A DNA stretch of 63,224 nt, the filler included, from Octopus bimaculoides (taxonomy: Eukaryota): assembly GCF_001194135.2 (NCBI RefSeq). It is 6 parts of 6 records of this genome, joined end to end, with 100 filler letters (N's around TTAATTAATTAA, not from the genome) between each part and the next. Parts side by side here need not be neighbours in the genome. Positions count along the whole stretch, not along the records: positions 24,868 to 45,131 come from NC_068996.1; positions 45,232 to 52,479 come from NC_068981.1; positions 52,580 to 60,394 come from NC_068987.1; 3 more parts are not named here. One strand, written 5' to 3'. Of the stretch, positions 40,267 through 52,617 are shown in pieces. Positions within the stretch are counted from its first letter, which is position 1. Every line of letters starts with the position of its first letter. The notes under the pieces are model-generated. The model did no database searches. It was not told where the DNA came from and was given only the letters and a program-made list of their open reading frames with translations. Position numbers and translations under genes: made by a program.

Positions 40267-41201
40267 AAAACCTACAAATATATGTATCAATGGAAAAGTT
40301 ACGTGAAGGAATATTATACTAAGCTATACAATCGCATGCGTTTGAACCTGCAGTCAGTTCTTCAATAGGATTTTTTTCCAGTATACACTAAATCCAGCTC
40401 CTCTGCCGTGCAAAAGTATAAGCTCTTCTGATACAATTACAGATGCACAGAGATGGGAAATGATATGTCTTTATTTGTGTTCATCACCAAACATGAAGGT
40501 ATATTAGAATAAGCATAATTTGTCTGTTGCTGGATTTAACTCATAATTTGGAGAAATTTCTTTACTGACATGTCTTTAGAAATTATCATTGCAAATATTT
40601 AGGCACCCTCTACATTTCTGGAGGAAGAATAAACAAAATATAAATTTTTATAAATTGTGTCATTGTCATGAAATTTATGAGAGAGAGAAAAGATACAGAG
40701 AGAAAGGTGTAGAATGTCATGTTGTTAAAAACACTAATCTCACAATGATTAAAGTCAGTTCTCTGACTGAAACATATAATCAAGGCATTCAGTAATAAAA
40801 GGAATCTCAAAACATATTTTGATAAAAATATATTAAAATTGAAATTTTCAGGTATTTTCTAGAGAAGAAGATTTTATTATTTGTTTTCTTTTAGTAAGAG
40901 TAACATACCAATAACTAATTAATAAGCAGTTTTCTTTTATTATATAATAAACAAAACAATCATCATGGTCAGTCAATCAAGGGAGATTACTCTATTTGCC
41001 TCACAGCCTGGTTGTAAACAGATATGGTCCCCTCACACGTTCATTCAGTTTACATGTTGGAAATAGTGGATAAGGAAACAAACGTAAGCATGTTGAAAGA
41101 AGAAAAGAAAACAATACCTTTTTTTGTATGCAGTTTGTCCGATAATATCAATATTTGAATTTAAAAAGCAATATCAAAAAAAAAAGTCTGTTCCATGAGC
41201 T

Positions 41202-41274
41202 CTACAGCTGGGTGAATCTACAGCTGGGTGAATCTACAGCTGGGTGAATCTACAGCTGGGTGAATCTACAGCTG
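41202..41274. repeat. 16-bp tandem repeat CTACAGCTGGGTGAAT, 4.5 copies
   Basis: Perfect copies, seen directly. Confidence 0.95.
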
Positions 41275-41559
41275 TGTCTGTCTGCAAATAAGGAGTTCTC
41301 ACATTCGTTTTTTTACACCCTCACATGAAATCATGTCAAATTAATAACTGGTGTTCCATTTGGGAAGAAATGTGGACACTTATTTGTACATATTTTACAC
41401 TCACATACATACATGCAACCATATTTATATATGTGTATGTATTTATAAATATATATGTATATATGTGTGTGTGTGTATGTATATGTATATATATATATGT
41501 GCTATTTCCACCTCCGTTTTTTGTATATATACGTACATATATATATTCTTTTATACATT

Positions 41560-41751
41560 TATTCTTTTACTTGTTTCAGTCATTGGACTGCAGCCATGCT
41601 GGAGCACCACCTTGAACGTTTTAGTAAAATGAATCGACCCCAGAACTTATTTTTTAAGCCTGGTACTTATTCTATCAGTGTCTTTTACTGAACTGCAACA
41701 TTACAAGAACATAAACACACCAACACTGGTTGTCAAGTGGTGACGAGAGAA

Positions 41752-41794
<43 letters not shown>

Positions 41795-41950
41795 GATTAA
41801 GCTTCTTTCAGCTTCCGTCTATCAAATCCACTCACAAGGCTTTGGTCAGTCTGAGACTATAATAGAAGATACCTGCTCGTGGTGTTCTGCAAGAGGACTG
41901 AATTTGGAACCATGTGGTTGGGAAACAAGCTTCTAACCTCACAGCCACTC
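41560..41950 (-). mobile_element. Family A SINE
   Basis: The head, the (CA)n tract and the tail CTTTTACTTGTTTCAGTC are all present. Confidence 0.8.
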
Positions 41951-42164
41951 CTGTATCTAATATATTGTTCCAAGAACAACAAAAATGTTACTTCATCTGG
42001 TGAGAGATAAATATTTAATAGACACAATACATATTTTTATGTACTGCTACTAGTTTCATGTGCTGAGAACATGTCAAACAATGTTCAGTAATACATCTCA
42101 CATCTTGGCACAATCCACATAGTTTAAACTAGTAGTAGCACATAAAAACATATATTGTATCTAT

Positions 42165-42506
42165 TTCGAAAAAAGTTCGTTTTCTGTCTTCGTCTTTATG
42201 TTTTCGTTTCCCATTGTGTTTAATGTTCTTTTGTAATGTCCTGTACCGATATATGCTTGTATGTATACATATAGATGTCGGTATGTACATATATGTATGG
42301 ATATATGCATATGTTTATATATTATTTATGTTATTATATGATCGAACGCCACGCACTGTCTCCAAGTAAGTTTTATCTTAATATTTCTACTGCGCACTCT
42401 ACTACTCTTACTATCACTTCCCTGTCTATCTCTCTCCCCCTCTTGTTCTTCATCCTTTCTGTTTTTCTCCCCCAACCCTCCCCTATTCTTCTCTTCTTTT
42501 CACCGT

Positions 42507-42557
<51 letters not shown>

Positions 42558-43127
42558 CTTCTTGGCCCTCTCGTCGCTGACACGTGACGAAAGGGATTCT
42601 TTCTTTCTACTTCCTGCCTTTCTATAGAGAAGACGTGAATTTGTTTGTCTGTCATTCACATCTAACTTCGCGTTCAAAATAATAATTTTTCTATCGTCTT
42701 GGCCTAACAGCCCTTACCATTTGTTTTTACTGTTTTTATTGCTTTTACTGTCTTATTCTCACTGTCCTGTTCTTGTTTACACTTTCACCCTCTGCAAAAA
42801 ATTCCAAATTTTAATTAATTTGCTTTGCAGGAAGGACTGTTCCAACGAAGTCGCATATCGTCCTTGCCTTCGAAACGCGGAGTAGATGGAAGAAGGACAC
42901 CTAAAGAAGGGAAATATTCTTTATGTTGCACGTCTCATTTCTCTGTTTGTTTTTTCGTTGTTCGAAAAAAAATTCGTTTTCTGTCTTCGTTTTTATGTTT
43001 TCGTTTTTCATTGTGTTTAACGTTTTTTGTGATGTCCTGTACCCATATATGCATGCATGTATACATATAGATGTAGGTATGTACATATATGTGTGGATAT
43101 ATGCATATATTTATATATTATTTATGT

Positions 43128-43130
<3 letters not shown>
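42165..43130 (+). mobile_element. Element bounded by ~170-bp direct repeats (pLTR-like)
   Basis: 42165-42335 closely matches 42961-43130 (TTCGAAAAAA..TTCGTTTTCTGTCTTCGT...ATATTATTTATGTTATT). Confidence 0.6.
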
Positions 43131-43189
<59 letters not shown>

Positions 43190-43191
<2 letters not shown>

Positions 43192-43580
43192 CTACCAGAG
43201 CAGCGGTCTTGCCTCCCTGACGGTGGCACATAGAAAGCACGATTTGAGCGCGATCGTTTCCAGCTTCGCCTTACTGGCACTCATACTGGTGGCATGTGAA
43301 CAAAACATTGGACTTACTCCTGTGCAGGTGGCACGTAAAAAACACCATTTGAGCGTGACCGTTGCCAGTACTGCCAGAGTGGCCCTCGTGCCTGTGGCAC
43401 GTAAAAAGCACCCACTGCTCGGAGTGGTTGGCGTTAGGAAGGGCATCCAGCTGTAGAAACTCTGCCAGATCAGATTGCAGTCTGGTGTAGCTATCTGGTT
43501 CGCCAGTCCCCAGTCAAATCGTCCAACCCATGCTAGCATGGAAAGCGGACGTTAAATGATGATGATGATGATGATGATGA
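43190..43580 (+). mobile_element. RTE-type LINE 3' UTR (or a derived SINE) with a (GAT)n tail
   Basis: Ends CCAACCCATGCTAGCATGGAAAGCGGACGTTAAATGATGATG. It is the reverse complement of the 58275-58440 end of the RTE copy. Confidence 0.8.
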
Positions 43581-44836
43581 GTTACCGCCGTTTTTTATAA
43601 ATTAAAATTTTTTAAAAGGTTTAATAAAAAGTAACAACTAATTAATCAATAATGTATTCACCCTTGTTGTTTACAACTTCTTCCTAACGTTCAACAAGAT
43701 TTTCAATACCTCGTTGGTAGAAATCTCCCGATTTCGACTCGAAAAATTGATGCAACCCAGCTCTCAATTCTGCATCAGTATTGAACGAAACTCCACGCAT
43801 AGCATTTGAAAGAGATCGAAAGAGGTAGAAATCCATTGGTGCCAAATCAAGAGAGTACGGCAGGTGTGGCAGCACTTCCCAGCCATGCGTTTGAATGGCT
43901 TCCTTGGTCATATTGGTGATATCAGGGCGGGCGTTGTCGTACAGCGGAAGAACTCCATGATTTAGCCGTGCTGAGTCGTTCAACATAGAGTTGAACACAG
44001 AGTTCTGTGTTGACCGTTTGGTTCCGTTCAAGCAACTTGTAATGGATAATCCCTTCCCAGTCCCACCATACGCACAACATCGTTTTACGCAGACAAAGAT
44101 CTTGTTTCACGCACGGTGTCGCTTGTTTACCGGGGCTAAGCCATTCCTTACGCTGCTTCATATTCATGTACAGGCACCATTTTTTGTCGCCAGTAACGAT
44201 TCGGTAAAGAAATCGTTGCTAGTGTCCATGAGTTGAGCGTTGACGAGCAAGCAAACCAGCGGAGATTGTGGATTTTTGCTGTTGTCACTTAAAGCATGCG
44301 GAACCCATGCTCCATACTTCTGAACCTTTCCCATCAAGTGAAGATGCTTCTCGTTTGCAGTGTTGGAACATTCCATTTTTTCTGTCAGTTCCCTTGTCAT
44401 TTGACAAGAATTTTCGTGCAAAAATTGGTTTAATTGCTCTTCATAGAAAACAACTGGACGGCCAGAATGAGGTGCGTCTTTGAGGTCAAGATTTCCATTT
44501 TTGAACTTGGCATACCAATCACGAGCGGTTCTTTCAGCTATGGCACCCTCTCCATACACAGCACAAATATTGCGAGCAACTTTTGCGGCCTTAGAACCTT
44601 GATTAAAAGCAAAAAGAAGGAGGTGTCGAAAATGCTCGGTTTTCTTAACTTGACATTTCATTTCAATGATCTGAAAATAAACAAAAATTAACTAAAATTA
44701 ACTAGAAAAAAAAAACAAAATAGATTCCAAAATGATTCAAAAATAGAATTCTCAAGCAAAATAGATTCTAAAATTTAAAACCGCAATAAATTCCACAATT
44801 TAAATAAACCGCGGGAACTTAGTTGCCAACGCAGTA
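43581..44836 (-). mobile_element. Mariner (DD34D-type) transposon, near full length and degenerate
   Basis: ORF fragments MKCQVKKTEHFRHLLLF...SGRP, WVPHAL, KTMLCVWWD, DNARP, LPYSLDLAPMDFYLFRSL. The TIR ends ...GAACTTAGTTGCCAACGCAG|TA. Confidence 0.9.
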
Positions 44837-44838
44837 TA

Positions 44839-45131
44839 TATCAGGTCATCCCATAAGTTCTGTCTGAATTTTGAATAAAGAAAACAAGTGATCAAATATT
44901 ATATTTAATTGACATTTAATCATCAATGTACTTTCCCTGATTATCTATGACTTCCTTCCATCTATTTACAAGCTTTTTAATTCCATCAATGTAAAACTCT
45001 TTTGGTTTCAAAGCGAAGAACTCTGAAATGTCAGTTTCGACCTCCTCCTGGTTTGCGAAAGTTATGTCCCCCAAATGATTCTGTAAACTACGAAACATAT
45101 GGTAGTCTAAAGGAGCAAGGTCGGGAGAATA
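44839..45131 (-). mobile_element. Second mariner, 3' end only (cut by the linker)
   Basis: TIR TATCAGGTCATCCCATAAGTTC. ORF FRSLQNHL...FYIDGIKKLVNRWKEVIDNQGKYIDD*. Confidence 0.85.
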
Positions 45132-45231
45132 NNNNNNNNNNNNNNNNNNNNNNNNNNNNNNNNNNNNNNNNNNNNTTAATTAATTAANNNNNNNNNNNNN
45201 NNNNNNNNNNNNNNNNNNNNNNNNNNNNNNN
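45132..45231. other. Artificial 100-bp scaffold-join linker
   Basis: 44 N + TTAATTAATTAA (45176-45187) + 44 N. Confidence 0.95.
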
Positions 45232-45266
<35 letters not shown>

Positions 45267-46369
45267 TATATATATATATACGTTTGTACGTAAGGCACTC
45301 TCTAATTACGGTTACATAAACGGTCGTAGATACATACAGATACACGCCTATGTGTGCAATAACATACTAGCAGAATCTATTACCTTGTTTTAAGTAGTTG
45401 TCTTTCTGTTGCAGTTTTATTATTTAGAGCTTTGATGTTTTTATTTACGCTCGACTTTTGTGACTTAACTAACAGAGTAGTTATGGAAATCTAACTGAAT
45501 ATTTGTTTACACATTTGATATTATATTCTGTTAATTTTTGCAGACATTCAAATACAAAGATATTAAAAGATGTACAAGCACATACTCGCCTATTTTACCA
45601 AACTCGTAAATGTTAAACGGTATATATATATATATATATATAGCGTTTAACATTTTTTTGCTATATTATATTCTATGTTCTTGAACAGTGAAATTTGTTT
45701 TTTATTACATCAGATACCTCGGCTGCAGGAGATTGTAAGAAAAGATTCATAGAAACAATGAAGTTCATCTAACGAATCATAGAAGCAACTAATTGAGGGC
45801 AAGTTAATAAATTTAAAAAAAGATATTGAAGATGCTCTCCTAATATTTTTGTGAAGTAAACAGGAACTGGTGCGTTCTTGTTGCGTTGATCACTGTGGCC
45901 ATCCTTGCTATATATATATATATATTATTATTAAAGAAATTGAGTGACCAGCACTAGAAAATATAGTATACTTTGATAAAACGATTTCATTCCTTAAGAT
46001 TAGCCGCAACATGTCGGAATGTGTAGTATATTCACCCATAAGCGGAGACGGTTATGAATGAAACATAGATGTGTCATGCATATGACAATCTGATTGAAGT
46101 AAAACTGGTCTGACAGCAAAGGAATGGCGGTACACAACAATGAGTGTGGTTTTATATTTATGTAAGAGTATGCATACATATATATTTGTATACTTAGATA
46201 CATGCACACATACATACATATATACATACACATATATCTGTGTATACACACACATATGTATGTATATATACATACATGCATACATACATACACATGTATA
46301 TGTATGTGTATATATATATGTATATATATGTATATATATATATGTATATATATGTATATATATACATAT

Positions 46370-46415
<46 letters not shown>

Positions 46416-49400
46416 CGCAGTTCTTGTTGCAGCGGTAAATCTCGAAGCGAACAAAGCTATAACTCATAGTTCAAAACTCTTTGGAGAAGAAAATTAAAGG
46501 CTGCCCGCGTGACGCGAACCCACATCTTCTGTAAAGATGACAATCGTTTTGCTATAAGATAATGCTCTCTGAAGAGTGAGAATTTTATGTACGATATGCT
46601 ATTCTTGGTGGTAAAAATAATATTTTCAAAATGGATACAGAAATTCGAAGAGCGGATTTGGTCCGACAGTAGAATTCTTGTCATGTTTGTAGGATGTATG
46701 AGTTCGAATATCTCGAGCTTACACAATTCAAACATCTTTATAGTGCTTTTTAAAAAACCTTTTTGTGGTTCGAGATCCATTGCTATTAAAACGAAACATC
46801 TCACCTTCATTCGACGTTTATAATCTCGTATATGTATGTATGTATGTATATATATGAGAAATTGTAAAGGCGCCATTCGCTATCCAAAGTTTTGCGAATG
46901 GTAATAAATTCCGTACTCTACTGCTTTATTCGAAGTATTTGAAAACAGCTTTCCTAACTCTAAATCATCTACGGAGACCGCCCACTATAAAGTAAAGGAA
47001 CACAAATTGCATAGTCAACAACCCTTACTTATTCTCTTTCAATTCTATATGGTCTGCGTTCAAATATAGCCGGAGTGAACGTTGCTTATTATTCCTCCGG
47101 GAGTCGACAAAATAAAGAACCAGTTATTACTTTGACCAATAGTACTGATTACTCCCTCTTCTTTTAAAATTGCTAGATATTTGCCTAAATAAGAAAGCAT
47201 CAGTAGTAGTAGTAATAGTAGTTGTGTTATTGGGTTCACATGTGGAAAGTATTTTCCAACTCTAACCCACTCATCCGGAGTTTCCTTTCCGACATTGTGA
47301 ATTCAATACTTTTTAAACATTTAACGTAATGCTAAATTTAGTTTGTATTTCATGTAAACTTGACGGTGATTGATCACAAGTTGTGGTACTCCATATAGGT
47401 CACATATGTCATAAATGTTCTTATTGAGGCAGTACTACTAAGAAAAGGTATTTAAAAACTATAACAAAGAAAATAATTTCGATGTGTTATAGAACTGCAG
47501 TGGCATTGCAGGTCGAAAACCAATACTCAATTGTTAGGAATTGTCACGATATGCAATGTATTATTATTATTTAAGACATCGCACAATATCCCATATCGTG
47601 ATGTTGATTGAAGATATTGTATCTTCCAGGATTTGTACTGTTTGTCAAGGACCTATGTTGTTGTTGTTCTTCTTATTATTATGATGATTATTATTATTAT
47701 GATTATTATTATTATTATTGCTGTTGTTGTCGTTGTTGTTGTTGTTATTATCATTATTGTTGTTATTATTATTATCATTGCTCTTGTTCTTTTTGTTGTT
47801 GTTGATGTTATCATTAATATTGCTACTATTATCACAAGAGAATTCATGGTATTGTTTATAAAGTTTTTGCGTTTACTATATATGAGTTGATCTGCTATAT
47901 AAAAAGTAACATGTCACATAATATTGAAAAATAATGGCATTTATCGTTTATAAAATATTCCTTCTTGAATTTTAGCAGTGTTAGTTAAGCTAGTTCTAGG
48001 TCCATTAAGTAACATAGTGAAACGAACGCATCGTCACTAGCTATTATATATAAACTCGGAATAACCGTAAATGCAAATATCTATATAAAATTTGCACACA
48101 AATATAGGCGCGAAGAAAAGACATACATACAGTGAGTAAATACACACATACACATACAAACGCGCACGCGTCTCTCACACACACACAAACACAAATACCA
48201 TTAAATAGACCTATATAACTTTATGTTCGGAAGCATATATATTTATAAGAATGTATATCTAATATATATACACGTATATACATACATACATACATATATA
48301 TGTATATANNNNNNNNNNNNNNNNNNNNNNNNNNNNNNNNNNNNNNNNNNNNNNNNNNNNNNNNNNNNNNNNNNNNNNNNNNNNNNNNNNNNNNNNNNNN
48401 NNNNNNNNNNNNNNNNNNNNNNNNNNNNNNNNNNNNNNNNNNNNNNNNNNNNNNNNNNNNNNNNNNNNNNNNNNNNNNNNNNNNNNNNNNNNNNNNNNNN
48501 NNNNNNNNNNNNNNNNNNNNNNNNNNNNNNNNNNNNNNNNNNNNNNNNNNNNNNNNNNNNNNNNNNNNNNNNNNNNNNNNNNNNNNNNNNNNNNNNNNNN
48601 NNNNNNNNNNNNNNNNNNNNNNNNNNNNNNNNNNNNNNNNNNNNNNNNNNNNNNNNNNNNNNNNNNNNNNNNNNNNNNNNNNNNNNNNNNNNNNNNNNNN
48701 NNNNNNNNNNNNNNNNNNNNNNNNNNNNNNNNNNNNNNNNNNNNNNNNNNNNNNNNNNNNNNNNNNNNNNNNNNNNNNNNNNNNNNNNNNNNNNNNNNNN
48801 NNNNNNNNNNNNNNNNNNNNNNNNNNNNNNNNNNNNNNNNNNNNNNNNNNNNNNNNNNNNNNNNNNNNNNNNNNNNNNNNNNNNNNNNNNNNNNNNNNNN
48901 NNNNNNNNNNNNNNNNNNNNNNNNNNNNNNNNTATATATATATATATATATGAATTTAGATCAAATGACAGTTATAAACCATCTTGCCAATACAATACAA
49001 ATTAAAAATACAGAAACAAAAGGGACAAAACTTGAAACAAAGCCGTTACAAAGTAAAGTATATGACAATACACAAACAGCTAAGTGAAATGTGTTTGAAA
49101 AGAAGCAAGACTAGGCAAAAAGGATATGATGCATTGAAAATGAATTTAAGAATGAAAATGAAAATACTACTGTAGTAACTCAAATATTATAACAAGATAT
49201 TATTTCAGTTCAATTGAATTTAAAACATGTCTATATATTAAATTTATTTTATTTTATTTTTATTAGCTGATAATGAATGAATTAAATTGGCGGAAGTTTT
49301 ATTTCTCAATTGCTGAATTTTCGAACTCGACTATTTTAATTCTGGAATAATTTTCTCAATCATGATGGCTAACAAATGTAATAGTTTTTCCAATGTAATT

Positions 49401-50339
49401 ATTAAAGTATTGAAAGCATGGATTATAAATGCATATTTTTTCTTTATTTGACACTCACTATGTTGTATTTTGCCGTGTACACTAACTGAATATATTAATA
49501 TATTTACTAATTACCATATTCCTGGAATTTATCCTTTTTCTTCCGTAATAAGTTTCAAAAAGTCATCTGATATTAGGTTATTTTATGAAATGGTATTGTT
49601 GTTGAACATATGAAAATAATATAAAATAGCCTATCGCTTGATTGGTTGGAATTGAAATTTCCTAATTGAGGTGTCAGTTTTATTTCGAGCCAGTACACTA
49701 AGACTAACAATTGCGATTTCAAACTAGATATATCTTAATCGAAAGCTTCTAATAGAGGAGTATATTATTACTAAATGTAGTTGCATATATATTCGCAGAG
49801 AAGCGTACAGTAGCAAACACCAACATATCAAAATCGTACACGTTATATATGCAATATTTATGGAAATTTGCGTATAAAACATGAAATATTGTTTCTGAAA
49901 ATTTATACCTAATTTAATGCGAGGTATTGACAGGTGTGTCAGTTACTTCTCGGGCAGGATATTATGTTATTTATAATGAATGATTTTAGTGCCTTTATGG
50001 ATCACATACAAATATACATATATTCGAATTCACTTACACTGACACACACGCACTAACACGTAGATACAAGACACAAAACGGGATCCTCTATACAGTTGCC
50101 TGACTTGCAAGAAATAGCAAACCAATTTCATTCAAGTCAGACATTCCATATTTAAGAAGCGAAAGATGCATTCGATAATATAGATTTAGAAATATTCATA
50201 AGAAAACAAGATGTACAATAATGGAAGGCAATTTGGGATATGTCCCCTCAGTGAGGGTTGATCTATGTTCAAAAACAACACAACATATGCTACTTACATA
50301 AAAGTGGGTATGCATACATACACATGTAAACATCATACA

Positions 50340-50530
50340 TATACATACTTACACGCATACATCTTTTATCTTTTAATTGCTTCAGTCATTCGGCTGCAGC
50401 TTTGTTGGGCCACCATCCTGAAAGGTTTTCACTTTTTTTTTTTCTGAAAGCCTAGTACTAACTTCTTCGCTCTATCTGGCTGAACCGCTAGGTTGCGGAA
50501 ACGTAAAAAAATACCGGTTGTGAAGTGGTG
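50340..50530 (-). mobile_element. Family A SINE, 3' fragment
   Basis: GCTTCAGTCATTCGGCTGCAGC...AAGCCTAGTACT...CTGAACCGCTA match the family A tail. Confidence 0.6.
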
Positions 50531-51089
50531 GACACACACACACACGTTAAGAGAGAGAGAGTGTGTTTTTATTTCACATGAGCAGTAGAGATATTGAAGT
50601 TGGTAAATGTACCGGGAGTCTTTTAGATTGTTTATTTTTAAAGGCTTGACCAGTATCAGATTTTTCTGATTTTCAAAAGATGAGAGAAGGACTATGTTGC
50701 AATTCTCTTCGGACTAGAGTTTGAAAATCTTCTTGCTTTTATAGACAGAAGATGTCTCAAATAAGTATCTATTCACCATACAATTTGATTAGCAAATGAT
50801 ACTCACATGATTAAGTTCAGAAATATTTGCACGTTTTCAGCTACGTCCGTGCGTTAGTGTAATGAGACAATATTTTTGCGCTGAAAATTAAGGCTGACAC
50901 GGTTAAGATGGTCTCAAACAATCAAGGTTCTCTGAATTTTATCTGTCAAATGTAGCAGAGGATGATCTCAGGATTGGATGATATCATGCATTGATATCAT
51001 GTGGCAGTATTGTTTGCGACGAAAATTAAGACTGACGCATTTGAGTGAACGTATCAAGCGACAGTCCCAAAAATTAAGATTAAGCAAAA

Positions 51090-51450
51090 CTGAGAAAGAC
51101 ATGGCAGATGTTCGTGTAGCTGTGAGGGAAAATCGTCGAATCACCATCCGTGTGTTATCAAAGGATGTACAATTTAGTTACGGTTCAGTTCAGTCCATTA
51201 TCACTGAAGATTTGGGTATGAAACGCGTGTCTGCCAAGTTTGTGATAAAACTGCTTGCAGCTAATCAAAAGGACAGTCGGATTTCAGTTGCACAAGATCT
51301 TGATTGTGTCGAGAACGATTAAATCTTTTTGAAAACTTCGCATAGGCCACTGAGCATGTATCGCTAAGCTTTTGGCAAATTTTGATGCAGACTCTTTACC
51401 CAACTTTCTCTGTCATAGTCAATGCAATGATCACACGCTACACACCTTCT
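51090..51450. mobile_element. Second, partial copy of the inverted double-5'-end mariner derivative
   Basis: It has the same plus-strand RITIRVLSKDVQFSYGSV segment and the same inversion junction (GAGAAC/TGA...TTTTGAAAACTT) as the 10513-11356 copy. Confidence 0.85.
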
Positions 51451-51809
51451 TTTCAAGTGCTAGCCACTAAACCTGTTTCTATTTTCTCTCCGTGTTTATT
51501 CCTGTGTTCCTCTCTGACGAAGAGCGTAGGCTCGAAACGTAAAAGACTTTCTCAATTCCCGAGCGTTAAACTAATACATCTGTTTGTTGTTTACACACCC
51601 ATTTTNNNNNNNNNNNNNNNNNNNNNNNNNNNNNNNNNNNNNNNNNNNNNNNNNNNNNNNNNNNNNNNNNNNNNNNNNNNNNNNNNNNNNNNNNNNNNNN
51701 NNNNNNNNNNNNNNNNNNNNNNNNNNNNNNNNNNNNNNNNNNNNNNNNNNNNNNNNNNNNNNNNNNNNNNNNNNNNNNNNNNNATATATATATATATATA
51801 TATATATAT

Positions 51810-51980
51810 ACGTATACACGACAGGTTTCTTTTAGTTTCCGATTATGAAATCCACTCATAAGGATTTGTCGGACCGAGTCTATGGTACAAGAAATTTGTT
51901 CAAAATGATGCAATGGAACTGAATCCGAACCTATGTTGATGGGAAGCAAACCTCTTAACCACTCGGCCACGCCTGCGCCT
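51810..51980 (-). mobile_element. Family A SINE, head fragment
   Basis: AAATCCACTCATAAGG...GGAACTGAATCCGAACC...CTCTTAACCACTCGGCCACGCCTGCGCC. Confidence 0.7.
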
Positions 51981-52479
51981 CCACACCTAGGGCGATATAA
52001 GTAGATGAAGAGATAGAAATGTAATATGTGATTGACAGATATAATGTGTTTACATCAGACATTCATTATAATACTAACGGTACTTAACTGGTATACAACA
52101 TTGTGACAGCATTGTATGACAGATCATCTCCAAGCATGCTCTTGTCTTCAACTAATTCGTTCCAAGTAGTTTCAATGGTGAGTTTCATTATTGGAAAAGA
52201 GGTCTGCGTCGCCGTTTATACCGATCACAGTGTATTAGATATAGCTTTTAACAATACAGAACGCATTATAATGTTCGTTTCGTTAGAATTTACATGCGCA
52301 CACACCGACACAAACACAGCCACACACGCAAACCTTTTGAAGGATACAATATACAACATTAAATGAATTGAACAGTAATAGAAGTTCTCATTATTTATTG
52401 CGGTAATTAATAACAATTCTAAATTTCTTTTCCGTTCTGAAGTAGCTTTAGAGGAACCGGCGTATATATATATATATAT

Positions 52480-52579
52480 NNNNNNNNNNNNNNNNNNNNN
52501 NNNNNNNNNNNNNNNNNNNNNNNTTAATTAATTAANNNNNNNNNNNNNNNNNNNNNNNNNNNNNNNNNNNNNNNNNNNN
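52480..52579. other. Artificial 100-bp scaffold-join linker
   Basis: 44 N + TTAATTAATTAA (52524-52535) + 44 N. Confidence 0.95.

Positions 52580-52617
<38 letters not shown>

Noticed and set aside
46457-46876. 139-aa minus-strand ORF
   Set aside because: It starts in a microsatellite, has no recognisable domain or splice signals, and overlaps a SINE-like head.
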